64,000 bases of DNA from the human T2T-CHM13v2.0 reference genome, Homo sapiens, in the NCBI RefSeq assembly GCF_009914755.1, contig NC_060931.1, one strand, 5' to 3'. The translations under genes were made by a program, and so were the position numbers. Below the pieces are notes generated by a model. That model saw nothing but the letters and a program-made list of their open reading frames with translations. It was not told the origin of the DNA and made no database searches. Shown here one piece after another: positions 24,828-36,815 of the stretch (within the stretch, counting starts at the first letter, position 1; each line of letters begins with the position of its first letter).

Positions 24828-26009
24828 ATGTTAAATCATAAGAATTAAATGGCAATGTAAGACAATGGCAGTGTAACTGTCACAAGCAGGTAGAAAAATA
24901 ATTACCAAAAAAGAATTCAGGTGAACAAGCTTCCTCAGCACATGGGAAGATAACCAGTGTGGGTGGAAGCGATTTGAAGGATATGGAGATTTGGATAGGA
25001 GGAGGACAGAGGCAGGAGGAGAGATAGCCTGAGAAGAAGGCAATGAGATGATGTTGTGAGCCAAGACTACATGGCTGCAAGGGAGAGTAGGATACTGACA
25101 CTGCTACCTTGGAAAAGGGAAGAAAAAAGAAAGATAAACTTTGTTTTATTGAAATACTAAAAGCTATAAACTCATACACATATAGGTAGTTATTGTTCTT
25201 AAGAGGCATTGTTTCAAAATTTAGGACTACAATGCATTACTGACATTCAGGGTGGAGAATATCACAGTTGATTATTTGAAAGAGAGCAAGACAAGTTACA
25301 ATTGAACAAAGACCATAAGAATCCCTGGGCAATAGGAGGCCGTTCTTGTGAAATCCAGGACACCAAGCATGAGTCTAGCTCTATCCCTTGGTCCCATTTT
25401 CTGCTGGGCTAGCTCTCCAGTTGTGTGCAGTGTTGACAATGCAGGCATAGCATTCATTGCACAGCATTGAGGCCTGTAAATCAGCTAGTTCATACAATTG
25501 AATGTGATGACTAATTATGTCCAACATTGCTAAAAAGTCCCTTAGAAAATGGATCTAATTTGTTTTATGTAGTTAATATTATTTTATTGAGTATGCATTA
25601 TTGATTTTATAGAGTAGACAATTCTTTGAGAGACATGTTTATGAATTTGTATCAGCTCTAGCACCGTTTTTTTAAAGCACAGGAGATGCCAGTGAGGGAC
25701 TTAAAATTCAAGTCCTCATTTTGTGATTGTTAATTTTATTCCATTGTCATTTAGATTAATTTCCTCCTGCATTTCAGAAAACTAATTTTCCTATTTAAAG
25801 GCTGAATTGTGAGCCCAAGTCTGGTTCCCTCAGCCTATATCTTCCATAAATGCCAAAGCTGGATTCATTCCTGCTTCCCACCTCTAGGTCCAGCCCTAGG
25901 TGCACCCTGTCCTTCTGGTGGAGACAGTGATTATATTATGCTCTGAGTTCAAAGGCCTGCAGGCTCTGTAGAGTCTACTTTGTACCCATGGGGCTTCCCC
26001 TTAGAAAGT

Positions 26010-26240
26010 GTTACAATGTGTCACAGAGCATTGGCTTTGGAGACAGATGAACCTGAATTTCAGTCCCAGCTCTGTCATATACCAGCTGTGTAACTTTGGG
26101 CAAATACACTTTTTGTGCTCAAGCTTCCTCATCTGTAAAATGGGAATATGCAGGTATACTAGTTGTGAGAATGCTAAGAGAGGATGTGTTTCATGTCAGA
26201 GGATAACAGGCGTGCAAAATGATTGTTGGATGAGTGGATA
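26010..26240 (+). mobile_element. MIR SINE
   Basis: agcattggctttggagacagatgaacctg...cccagctctgtcatataccagctgtgtaactttgggcaa...ttcctcatctgtaaaatggga. Confidence 0.85.
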
Positions 26241-26593
26241 TAACCAGTAATGCTGGCACAGTTTAGTCCAGTACTTCCTTTGACTGCACTGGACCTGATT
26301 GAGGTCCATCTCAAGCCCATATCTTCCAGAGTTACAGCAGAGAGCCTATTGTTACCTTTCACACTTGGTGCCTCATAACAGGCACACTCAGAATTTCTAA
26401 TATTGGGAGATGTTAATCTGACCTCTTCTGGCACCTGTATATTGAAGCTGGGGTCCCCCCAACCAGGTTTTCACTACATGAAAATTCTTAGAGTCTTTTC
26501 TTCTCTCATGATTGTACAAAAATAACTGAAGGATTTGATAAATATGACTGTACATTTGTCCTTTATGAGAATTAAGTACAATTTTCTCTACAC

Positions 26594-26780
26594 TAGCACT
26601 TCTAAAACTGTGTCCCAAGGAACACTAATTCTCTGAATGTTCTAAATGTTCTTAGAGGGAAAAGAATAGGATTCTAAGGATTAGATACATTTGGGGAAAC
26701 TTGGGTTAAGTAATCTTTTTTTCTTTTTGTTCAGGATTTCTTAAAGCGTTTGTAAAGTAATTTGTGCTAAGGAGCTCTAA
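26594..26780. mobile_element. hAT-Charlie MITE fragment (MER112/MER113-like)
   Basis: cttctaaaactgtgtcccaaggaacacta...acatttggggaaacttgggttaag. Confidence 0.5.
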
Positions 26781-27032
26781 AAGACCTGACACAGACTAGG
26801 CATACAACAAACATTTGTTCCATGAGTGAATGAGTAAATGAACAGCTGAGTTAAACCTAAATTTCTCTTTCTGGATCCAGTTTTGAAGCCTCATCAGCTT
26901 CCCCTCACTCCTCACCCTTCATACATTCTATATCATGGGTCTGGACATGATTGCTGTCCTTCCCCACTAACCATTTGCTTTTGCCAACCTGCATGCCCCT
27001 ATCCAGAAAATCAAGCGTGAGAGAAAACACTA

Positions 27033-27376
<344 letters not shown>

Positions 27377-27681
27377 CTATTTTCATACTTGTGAATCCTT
27401 ATAGAATGAATGTAGTGACCCCAACAAATCTTGGTCAATATATATCCTCTTAAGGCTTGGTTCTTTTCCCCTTGAGATGCTATGCTCTTAAAAGGAGTAC
27501 CTCAGGTGGGACTTACAGGAGTCTTTCTGCAGGATCTGCTTCAGAGGTTCAGCTGTCCCATTTTTTCCTTCCTTACTTACACTGACTGACAATTACCTTT
27601 TGGAAATCATAGCATGGATTGTTCCTCTCTCCTTTGCCCAATTAAGGGGACTTTTGTTTAAAATGACAATGCCAAGGTGTC

Positions 27682-29972
27682 TGATATGGTTTAGCTCTGT
27701 CTCCACCCAAATCTTAACTTGAAATATATCTCCCAGAATTCCCACATGTTGTGGGAGGGACCTGGGGGAGATAATTGAATCATGGGGGCCGATCTTTCCC
27801 ATGCTATTCTCAGGATAGTGAATAAGTCTCATGAGATCTGATGGGTTTATCAGGGGTTTCCACTTTTGCTTCATCCTCATTTTTCTCTTGCTGCCACCAT
27901 GTAAGATGTGACTTTTGCCTCCAACCATGATTCTAAGGCCTCCACAGCCACATGGAACTGTAAGTCCAATTAAACTTCTCTTTTTCTTCCCAGTCTCAGA
28001 TATGTCTTTATCAGCAGTGTGAAAATAGACTAATACAGTAAATTGGTACTAGGAGTGGGGTATCACTGAAAAGATACCCGAAAATGTGGAAGTGACTTTG
28101 GAACTCGTAAACAGGCTTAGGTTAGAACAATTTGAAGGGCTCAGAAGAAGACAGGAAAATGTGGGAAAGTTTGGAACTTCCTAGAGACTTGTTGAATGGC
28201 TTTGCCCAAAATTCTGATAGCGATATGGACAATAAAATTTAGGGTGAGGTGGTCTCAGATGGAGAAGAGGAACTTGTTGGGAACTGGAGCAAAGGTGACT
28301 CTTGTTATGTTTTAGCAAAGAGACTGGTGGCATTTTGCCCATGCCCTAGAGATTTTTGGAACTTTGAACTTGAGAGAGATGATTTAGGGTATCTGGCAGA
28401 AGAAATTTCTAAGCAGCAAAGCATTCAAGGGGTAACTTGGGTGCTATTAAAGGCATTCAGTTTTATAAAAGAAGCAAGAATAAAAGTTTGGAGAATTTGT
28501 AGCCTGACTATATGATAGAAAAGAAAAACCCATTTTATGAGGAGAAATTCAAGCTGGCTGCAGAAATTTGCCTAAGTAGCAAGGAGCCTAATGTTAATCC
28601 CCAAGACCATGGGGAAAATGTCTCCAGGCCATGTCAGATAACTTCACCGCGGTCCCCTCCCATCACAGGCCCAGAGGCCCAGGAGGAAAAAGTGGTTTCA
28701 TGGGTTGGGCCCAGGGTTCCCATGCTGTGGGCAGGCTAGGGACATGGTACCCTGTGTCCAAGCTCCTCTAGCCATGGCTGAAAGGGGCCAACATGTAGCT
28801 TAGGCTGTGGCTTCAGAGGTGGAAGCCCCAAGCCTTGGCAGCTTCCACGTGGTGTTGAGCATGTGGGTGCACAGAAGTCAAGAACTGAGGTTTGCGAACC
28901 TCCACCTAGATTTCAGAATGTGTATGGAAATGTCCAGATGCCCAGGCAAAAGTTTGCTGCAGGGGTGGAGCCCTCATGGAGAACCTCTGCTAGGGTAGTG
29001 CATAAGAGAAATGTGGGGTTGGAGCCCCCACACAGAGTCCCTACTGGGGCTCCACCTAGTGGAGGTGTGAGAAGAGGGCCACTGCCCTCCAGACCCCAGA
29101 ATGGTAGATTCACCAACAGACAGCTTGCACCATGCACCTGGAAAAGCTGTAGACATTCAATGCCAGCCTGTGAAAGCAGCCAGGAGAGAGGCTGTATCCT
29201 GCAAAGCCATGGGGGCAGAGCTGCCCAAGACCATGGGAACCCACTTCTTGCATCAGCGTGAGCTGGATGTGAGATCTGGAGTCAAAGGATATCATTTTGG
29301 AGCTTTAAAAGTTGACTCCCCTGCTGGATTTTGGACTTGCATGGGCCCTGTAATCCCTTTGTTTTGTCCAATTCCTCCCATATGGGGTAGCTGTATTTAA
29401 CTAATGCTTGTACTTCTATTGTATCTAGGAAGTAACTAGCTTGCTTTTCATTTTACAGGCTCATAGGCGGAAGGGACTTGACTTGTCTTAGATGAGACTT
29501 TGGACTGTGAACTTTTGGGTTAATGCTGAGATGAGTTAAGACTTTGGGGGACTGTTGGGAAGGCATGATTGGTTTTGAAATGTGAGGATAAGAGATTTGG
29601 AGAGGCCAGGGGTGGAATGATATGGTTTGGCTGTTTCCCCACCCAAAACTCAACTTGAATTGTATCTCACATAATTCCCACATGTTGTGGGAGGGACCCA
29701 AGGGGAGGTAATTGAATCATGGAGGCTGGTCTTTTCCATGCTATTCTCATGATAGTGAATAAGTCTCATGAGATCTGAGAGGTTTATCAGGGGTTTCTGC
29801 TTTTGCTTCTTCCTCATTTTTCTCTTGCCACTGCCTCGAAAGAAGTGCCTTTTACCTCCTGCCATGATTCTGAGGCCTCCCCAGCCATGTGGAACTCTAA
29901 GTCCAATTAAACCTCTTTTTCTTACCAGTCTTGGCTATTTCTTTATCAGCAGCATGAAAACAGACTAATATA
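27682..29972 (+). mobile_element. Complete THE1A MaLR element: 5' LTR 27682-28037, THE1-int 28038-29617, 3' LTR 29618-29972
   Basis: Two direct LTRs of about 355 bp (tgatatggttt...gactaataca/ta) with THE1A-type gggtttatcaggggtttc. Purine tract before the 3' LTR. 5-bp TSD gtgtc (27677-27681) / atgtc (29973-29977). Confidence 0.96.
28249..29400 (+). pseudogene. Disrupted THE1-int (MaLR gag-related) ORF
   Basis: Consecutive fragments VSDGEEELVGNWSKGDSCYVLAKRLVAFCPCPRD..., EKFKLAAEICLSSKEPNVNPQD..., KSRTEVCEPPPRFQ..., DSPTDSLHHAPGKA... separated by frameshifts and stops. Confidence 0.8.
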
Positions 29973-31919
29973 ATGTCTCAGCAGAAGTAAGGCACAGGTA
30001 AATATATTGTCGTGCATAAACTTCTGTTTCTTGGAAGACAGGGGCTATCATAGCTTTTAATTCCTGTTCTTGTAATACCAGTCAGGACCACTCTGATGAT
30101 AATATCTCACCAGAAATTCTCCTATAGTAATTTCCCAGCAGAATTTGCCCCTTACCAAAAAAAAATGGGTAGAATTTTCCTATTAATTGGTATTTGGGTA
30201 AATCAGGTTTAATAGCTTCCTCTTCCTCTCTCATTAGTGGCCAAAGTAATATTAATAACTGACTTTGAGTAGGAGAAGGCAAGGCCATTTTGAGTGGCCG
30301 CTTCCTATTATGTGGAGATTCTGGTTCACGCTATTGTTGCAAGGAACCACGTAGTGACGTGTCGCCTCCCATGCAGCCTCAGCTTTTGCTTTCTTGGATG
30401 CACTCCAGAGGATGAAATTCTGATCCATGCATGATGGCTGGACAGTAGGCAGAAGGGGGCACTCAGTGAAGCTCAGATGTCCTCTAAATTGCTTTCAGAA
30501 TCTTATCTGCAGTGTATACAACTCATTTTCCAGCTGCAACATTTTGTCTTTTTGGATAAAACTAACATGGCTCCTCCTTAAAAAATGACAGCATTATGGC
30601 TTTGGCAAACCCATAGAGGGGTCAAGTTAGATCCACACAATCAGAAGGGGGAGACCAGTGCAATTAGTTGGGACCAGGACTTAAATATTTATAAATCTGG
30701 CAGGAATTAGTATAGGTGTTCCATACTTTTGAATGAGACTTTTCCGTGGACCTGCTAAATGGATCCAGACTCTGGCAGGAGAGAAATGAACTTGTTGAAA
30801 TTAGCTGAATCTTTGTCATGTCCTCCAAATGGCTCATTCATCCAGGATCCAATATGAAATTGTTTGACAGACATTTTCCTCTCCTGAAGAGACCTAACTA
30901 TTGTAATTCAACATGGCAAAAGGACACCCACAACTTGATACACTTCTTAGTGTGAGAGATGGGAAAAGAAGGAACATGGGATGTGGAAATTGATCAGATA
31001 GATTTTAATCCACTGTCAATGACCCGTGACATGCTATCTATTTCTAATTGATCATTTGGTAGAAAAGAGTTTCCTCGGGAAGAATCTTCTCTCTGTAGAC
31101 TATTTTCTTCGTGTTAGTTTTCTTTCTGTAGCTGATAAAACTCATACGGGTGGTTCTTTGACCTAGCTCCAAAAGCACAATAACCGATGGTTCGAATGAG
31201 AGAGAGGAGCTGTGGAAGTGGGGAGAGAGCAGTGGGGAAGTGGTTTCATTTACAGAAAACAGAAGCTAGAGAAGGGAGCAAAGGCTTATCTTGCAAAGCC
31301 CCCCTCCTCCCCTGAAGGGCAAGCTTTGGGGCCTGTGGCAGTGCCCACCAGCAGTGGCACAGATTGTGCCCTTCTCCATGGTACCTGGGCTGCTTGCTGA
31401 GGTAATGGCTCTGGGGGGAGCCAGAGTGGGTGGAAGTGCCCATGCAGCTTGGGGCTACAGCCTGGACATTGCAGGAGAATGTGGTGGAATTTAGGCATGA
31501 CTTTGGTTTGCAGAAATGCTTTTGTTTTTCCGACAGATTGCATCCCACAAGTAAACAACATGTACAGACACATGATTCATTTTAACATGAAATCTGCACA
31601 GATGAAGTGCAAGGCATAAACCATATTGAATCGTCTGTCTTGTTTTAAGAGTCTTTATCTGAAAGGATGCCTTATTTGCATATGAAAAATATGTTCCTTT
31701 TTGCAGTGGTCTCTTCTCCCTCATTCTTCTTTGAAGGAACAGCTTTAGTTTGCTACTGACAATCATAAGGTTTACTTTGTTGAAGAGTAGAAAGAGACCT
31801 TAGGAAAACTGCACATACTTGCTTCATATTTTAAGTTTTATATTAAAGTTGAGACATCTGTTTTTCTTGTCCCAGGTGGACCTTGAAATAAAAGCAGAAG
31901 CTTATGATACAGAAGAGAG

Positions 31920-32453
31920 TACATGAGTTTTCTATTGCTCTAATAACAAATTTCCACAAATTTAGCAGTTTAAAACAACACATATTTGTTATTTCAGTTT
32001 CTGTAGGTCAGAAGTTCAGCATGGCAGCACTTGCTTCTTTGGTTAGGTACTCACCAGACTCAATCAAGGTATCCCATGTAGTTCCCATCTGGGGTTCAGT
32101 GTCCTCTTCCAAGTTCACCAGTTGTTGGCAGAATTTAGCTCCTGGACCTGTTTCTTGTAGGACTCTATTCCCTTGACATATGACACCTGTCATCATCAAG
32201 TTAACAGTGATGCATTTACTCCTTCTCACCCTGGTTGTCTCTCTGATGTTCCTCTCTGTCACATCTCTCTGACTTCTTCTGTCCTTTGATTTTAAAGACT
32301 CACGTGATCACATTGGGTTCACCCAAATAATCTACAGTAATATCTATTTTCAGGTCACTAATAACCTTAATTATATACACAAAGTCCCTTTTGCCATGTA
32401 AAGTGACGTAGTCATAGATATGGCACCAGGGGGCCAAAATTCTGCCTGCCACA
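31920..32453 (-). mobile_element. MLT1D-like MaLR solo LTR with perfect 5-bp TSD
   Basis: ttttctattgctctaataacaaatttccacaaatttagcagtttaaaacaacac...tctgtaggtcagaag...aaagtcccttttgccatgtaa...ttctgcctgccaca. TSD gagag at 31915-31919 and 32454-32458. Confidence 0.9.
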
Positions 32454-32639
32454 GAGAGGGATTACAGCAGGAAGCACAGTATAGGCAGCTGTGTGGGTGC
32501 AGTACACATGGGAAGGTAAAAGGACATATGATTAAGTGTTTTAGAAAGGACAGTAGAGATAAGGAGACTTGATGGGAGTCATGATAAGGGTTCACACCTG
32601 CCAAGATCTATTGTTCATGCTGGCAAGAAAGGGCTCCAT

Positions 32640-32890
32640 TACCAGTAGAGTACAGTGGCTAAGTGTGGATGGCAGGATCAGGCAGCCTGCATTCAAGTCT
32701 TGGCTTTGCCAGTTATTAAATTTATTAACTCAATCAAATTATTTAATTATATTAAGCTTAAATTTTCCCATGTGTATAACAAAGATAATAATAAAGCTTA
32801 GCTTATAGGGATGCCATGCAGATTAAGTGAGCTAGGGCATAGTCTGGCATACAGTGAGTGGTCAATACATTTTGTAATTTTTATTATTAC
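32640..32890 (+). mobile_element. MIR SINE
   Basis: cagtggctaagtgtgga...ttcaagtcttggctttgcca...gattaagtgagcta...tctggcatacagtgagtggtcaata. Confidence 0.75.
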
Positions 32891-34119
32891 CTCCTTTTCT
32901 TCCTGAATTAAAAAAAATGGTCCAGAGTAATTACATTAAGCTGAGAATGGCATGAATTTAATTTCTGGCCTCTCTCTTCTACCAGCTACCTGGGTGATCT
33001 TTCTTTGTCTCACAATTTTGTCACTTTTAAAATGAAGATTATGTTAATTATGCTAATCATTCCAAAAGTAAGTTGGTGATTTTAGAGCACTTTGAAGTAA
33101 TCACTAGTTATTTTTGAAATGTGTATGATAATTTAGGGGAAAACAATCCTGATTTCTTTTAGCTCATTCTGTATCAGAGTCACCCTACAACTAATGGTAG
33201 AGGCCCAGGACACTTACCACGGGATGTAGAGAAAAACCAATCATCATGAAGAGCCTGTTGGAAGTGGACTTACCCTATGGATGGGCAGGGTAGCTGGTTG
33301 GCTAAGGGGTATGAGTTGTGAGATGTCAGAAAGACAAACTGCCCTCAAATATGTGTGCTATTAACCTGTAGCAAATGCCTCAAATATTAATTTTAGAGAT
33401 CTTATCTTTTCCAATATTGAGACCTAAAAAGCAACGTGTTAGAATACAAAGAACATTTCGCTCACAAAAATCTAGATTGGTTCTAGGACTAATTAGCCAC
33501 ATATCATACATCCTTTCTGAGTCCCATTTGTGAATGAAGGAGGTTAGTCTAGAATGATGTTTGAAGTCTTCTCCTTCTTCTAGATTCTGTGAACTAGACA
33601 TCTAAGACCTTTGATCTTGGAGTATAAAAATCAGACAGCCATTCTGGTGAGCAGCAGTTGCTCCAGAAGGTCGTCTCTGAGGAGATGAGCAAGAAAGACG
33701 GTTGTTGTAGGGTTTCTGCAAGTGTCAGTGAAAACTTGCCTGGAGGGGCATGAGGGAGGAGGTGAGTCAACAGAGGAGATGTTCTCAGGGGTGAGGTGAG
33801 AGCAGAGGGTGCCATGCAGGCCCTTGCCCAATTGTCAGCCCTGCTGAGGAGCTCTGACTACAGGCATCATCTATTCAGACATCTGGTTTGTACTATAAAG
33901 TTACTAGCCTGTTTCCTGGGCTGATTGAACTCTGTTGGCAAAAGCTTTGTCTATAAATGAAGTTAATACCAATTTATTTGTCTGAAGGGAGGGGGTTAAA
34001 TTATACATGTTTTTGAGGTTCAGTTAGCAATGAGGTATATTTATTCTGGGATGTACATTATCTCTTTTGCTTCAAAAGAGGACAGAATGTAACCTAAGGT
34101 TTTATATGTTGTAGTTTAA

Positions 34120-34335
34120 GGAGAACTAGAATGGGGATCAGAAAACATTATTTTCATCTTTGCTCTGGCACTGAACAGAGACACAAACAGGGGCATTCTG
34201 AAACCCATCAAGATTCTGTTCCTTCTTGGCAAGTGGAGATAATAATATCTGCCCTGCCAGCCTATTAAGCCATGTAAAGTGCTCTGCACAGTGTTTCACT
34301 TAGTAAATCCTCCATAACTATGAGCTATTATTTTT
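34120..34335 (+). mobile_element. MIR SINE
   Basis: ggagataataatatctgccctgcc...atgtaaagtgctctgcacagtg...agctattatt. Confidence 0.65.
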
Positions 34336-34519
34336 CCAGCCCTGGCACACTACCTGAAAAATTTGAAACAGTCCATAAATAGCTATAGAGTGAATGAACA
34401 AAAAAAGGGTATAGTGAAGTTCAAAGTAACTTAGTGTGATGTACTACATAATAATGTCATACTCTATTTGTTGAATGAAGCAACAGTTTTTACATGTACA
34501 GAAACATTGTAGAAAAATT

Positions 34520-34860
34520 CTTTAAACATCTCTTCCCAAGTGAGGTGGATGGCATAATGTGTCACCTAATATCAGCGATCTCTTCTGTGAGCACCCTATG
34601 TAACTAGAACTCCCTTCAGTTACTGTACTCTCTATTCTCTATCTTGCCTTATTTTCCATCTCAGCACTTACTTACTAACACCTGATGAGCATTTTTTTGC
34701 TTGTTTATTGTCTGACTTCCCCCACTGGAATGTGACATCTATAAAGGTAGGTTCTTTGCTTGCTTTTGTAAATTCTTGTTGCTGTAAACTACATTGGTAG
34801 AACAATACATGGCACATAGTAGGCACATAAGAAAGATGATGAGTTAATATATTTTGGGGA
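34520..34860 (+). mobile_element. L2a 3' end
   Basis: ttgtttattgtctgacttcccccactggaatgtgacatc...tagaacaatacatggcacatagtaggcac. Confidence 0.75.
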
Positions 34861-35566
34861 TGCCTCCATTGTGACAATGACTTCTCTTAAATAATCAAGC
34901 TGTTTTCACTCTATCCACCATTACTTGCAGCCTACAATATGTTCCATCTGGTGTTAAAGCAGTAGCAGTATTTTTCTGTGTCTCATAGTAGGTATCTCAC
35001 ATATGGTTGGATCTTATTACCAGGACCTGGAAACTATTTGTATCTGATCCTTCGTCTCCTTAGGGATGGTCAGGATAACTACTTCCCAAACGGAGGTACC
35101 CTCAATCCCAACAGCTACAGTGGTGTCTAAGTTAGGGACAACACCAGTAATTCTGCTCTGTGCTCCATAAAAAATTAACAGCCATAAAAGTCAAATCAGC
35201 TTCCTCTCTAGCAAATGAACTTTACAACCCGCTTTAGCTTACAGACTCTTAGTAACCAATATGTAAAAAATACCAACCAGGGAAAGATATTTTCCTGCTT
35301 TATAGGCTTTAAAAAAACCATTTAATTCAATCTGGCACCCAGGCTGAATGTAAAATAGCTGCAAAGCAGTATTGATGGAACAACACAGGATATAATTAAA
35401 TCTATGTATCAATTCATCCAGTGTAAGATAAAAATCAATCCCGCTCAAACAGACACCTTCAGGCAGGAAAGAAGGAAAGCATTTGCTGCAGCCTGCCCCT
35501 ATGTTGTACCCTGTTGGTTTCTTATTGGAGCAATACTCTCACCTGCTCTGAAATTATCCTTTCATA

Positions 35567-35592
35567 TTTTTTTTGGGGGGGGGGGGAGGGGG
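35567..35592 (+). repeat. T8-G12-A-G5 homopolymer tract
   Basis: T 35567-35574, G 35575-35586, A 35587, G 35588-35592. Confidence 0.9.
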
Positions 35593-35734
35593 CTGCTTTT
35601 TACAGGGCTCTGAATAAAATATGAGTTTTTGAGCTTCCACTGCGGTTTTGAAGTTACTCCTTTCTGGAAAAAAGTGACAGAAAGCGACTTTCCTATGTAG
35701 ACCACTCAGGAGCAAAAATCCATGATCTGAGGTC

Positions 35735-35830
35735 TGAGACCTTCCTGGGGAACTTGTTAAATGTGCAGACTCTTGGGCTCCATCACAGAGATTCTGATTA
35801 TGCTGGTGGTGGTCCTCAGACCGTAGCGTC
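35735..35830. mobile_element. MER5A-like fragment
   Basis: cctggggaacttgttaaatgtgcagactcttgggctccatcacagagattctgatt. Confidence 0.7.
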
Positions 35831-35839
35831 ATTTGCGCC

Positions 35840-36310
35840 CTGGGTGAGAATCCGGACCCTATCACTCAAACATTCTATGGCCTTGGGCAAGATAATTACA
35901 TATTTTTATACCTCCGTTTTCTCATTTGTAATTCAAGCTTATGCATGGTAATGTGCTCTGGGTACATTCTCATTTAATCCTACTTTCTAGGTTAGTGTGG
36001 GGGTAAATGAGGCAATGTATGTTAAACATTTAGCTTAGAGCCTGATAAATAGTGTACTATTGCCACTGCCAGCAGCCAGGATTACTGAGTGCTTGCTGTC
36101 TGAGGGGCACTGTTCTGAGTGCTTTACATGTATTCCCTCTTTTTAAATCTTAGGTTGGTACTGCTATTATACTTATTTTATAGTTGAGAAAACAGGCACA
36201 GAGAAATTAAGTGACCTGTTTTAGGTCACACAGCATTGAGGTGATAGAGCAAAGACGAGAATCCAAGTTTGTATGACTTCAAACACCACATATTTTACCC
36301 ACTATCATTA
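35840..36310. mobile_element. Adjacent MIRs in opposite orientation (+ about 35840-36055; - about 36080-36310)
   Basis: ggccttgggcaagataatt...ccgttttctcatttgtaa (sense), then tactgagtgcttgc...gcactgttctgagtgctttacatg...ttttatagttgagaaaacaggcacagagaaattaagtgacc (antisense). Confidence 0.75.
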
Positions 36311-36639
36311 TGTATTTTCAGCTATAGATCACCTATCTTTTTTTCTTCTAGCTTTACATCTGGTTGTCATCAGCCCAATACTGAAGTTGTCTTCCTGGTT
36401 AATCTGTTGTTCTTTTATAGGTTCTGGCACTAGTATACTTTATTAGTGAAAGGACTCTTAACCTATGCTTTTAGCATATATTCTAAAATTAGAATCCATA
36501 TCATAAAATGTAAGAAGTGCAAATAATCTGATATTCTGTCTCCCTCCCCTATAAAGATCAACATTAGGTGACATATAGGAAAACTTAGCATTTTTAAAAA
36601 AATTCAGGTTAGTGTTCATCCTCAAGGGGAATCATGAAG

Positions 36640-36815
36640 AAAATGTTTAAAAACCAATTGAAAATTTAGTATTGTTTATGGTTATTTATGGCTAGCGGTA
36701 TTATAGGCAACTCGCCTATCTCTTTACATTTTCTGCTTTTTCCAAATTTTGTACTACAAAGAACTGATACTATTAATACTTTTATAATCAGAAAGAAATT
36801 CTTTCTGTAAATAAA
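36640..36815 (+). mobile_element. Ancient L1ME 3' terminal fragment
   Basis: ggttatttatggctagcggtattataggcaac...ttttctgcttttccaaattttgtactaca...tactttataatcagaaa. Confidence 0.55.

Noticed and set aside
28249-29400. Run of overlapping ORFs resembling an operon or novel gene cluster
   Set aside because: Fragments of the single decayed THE1-int ORF and its antisense frames.
31341-31360. CTCF-like ccaccagcagtggcac
   Set aside because: Spacing is one base short of the CCASYAGRKGGCRS core.
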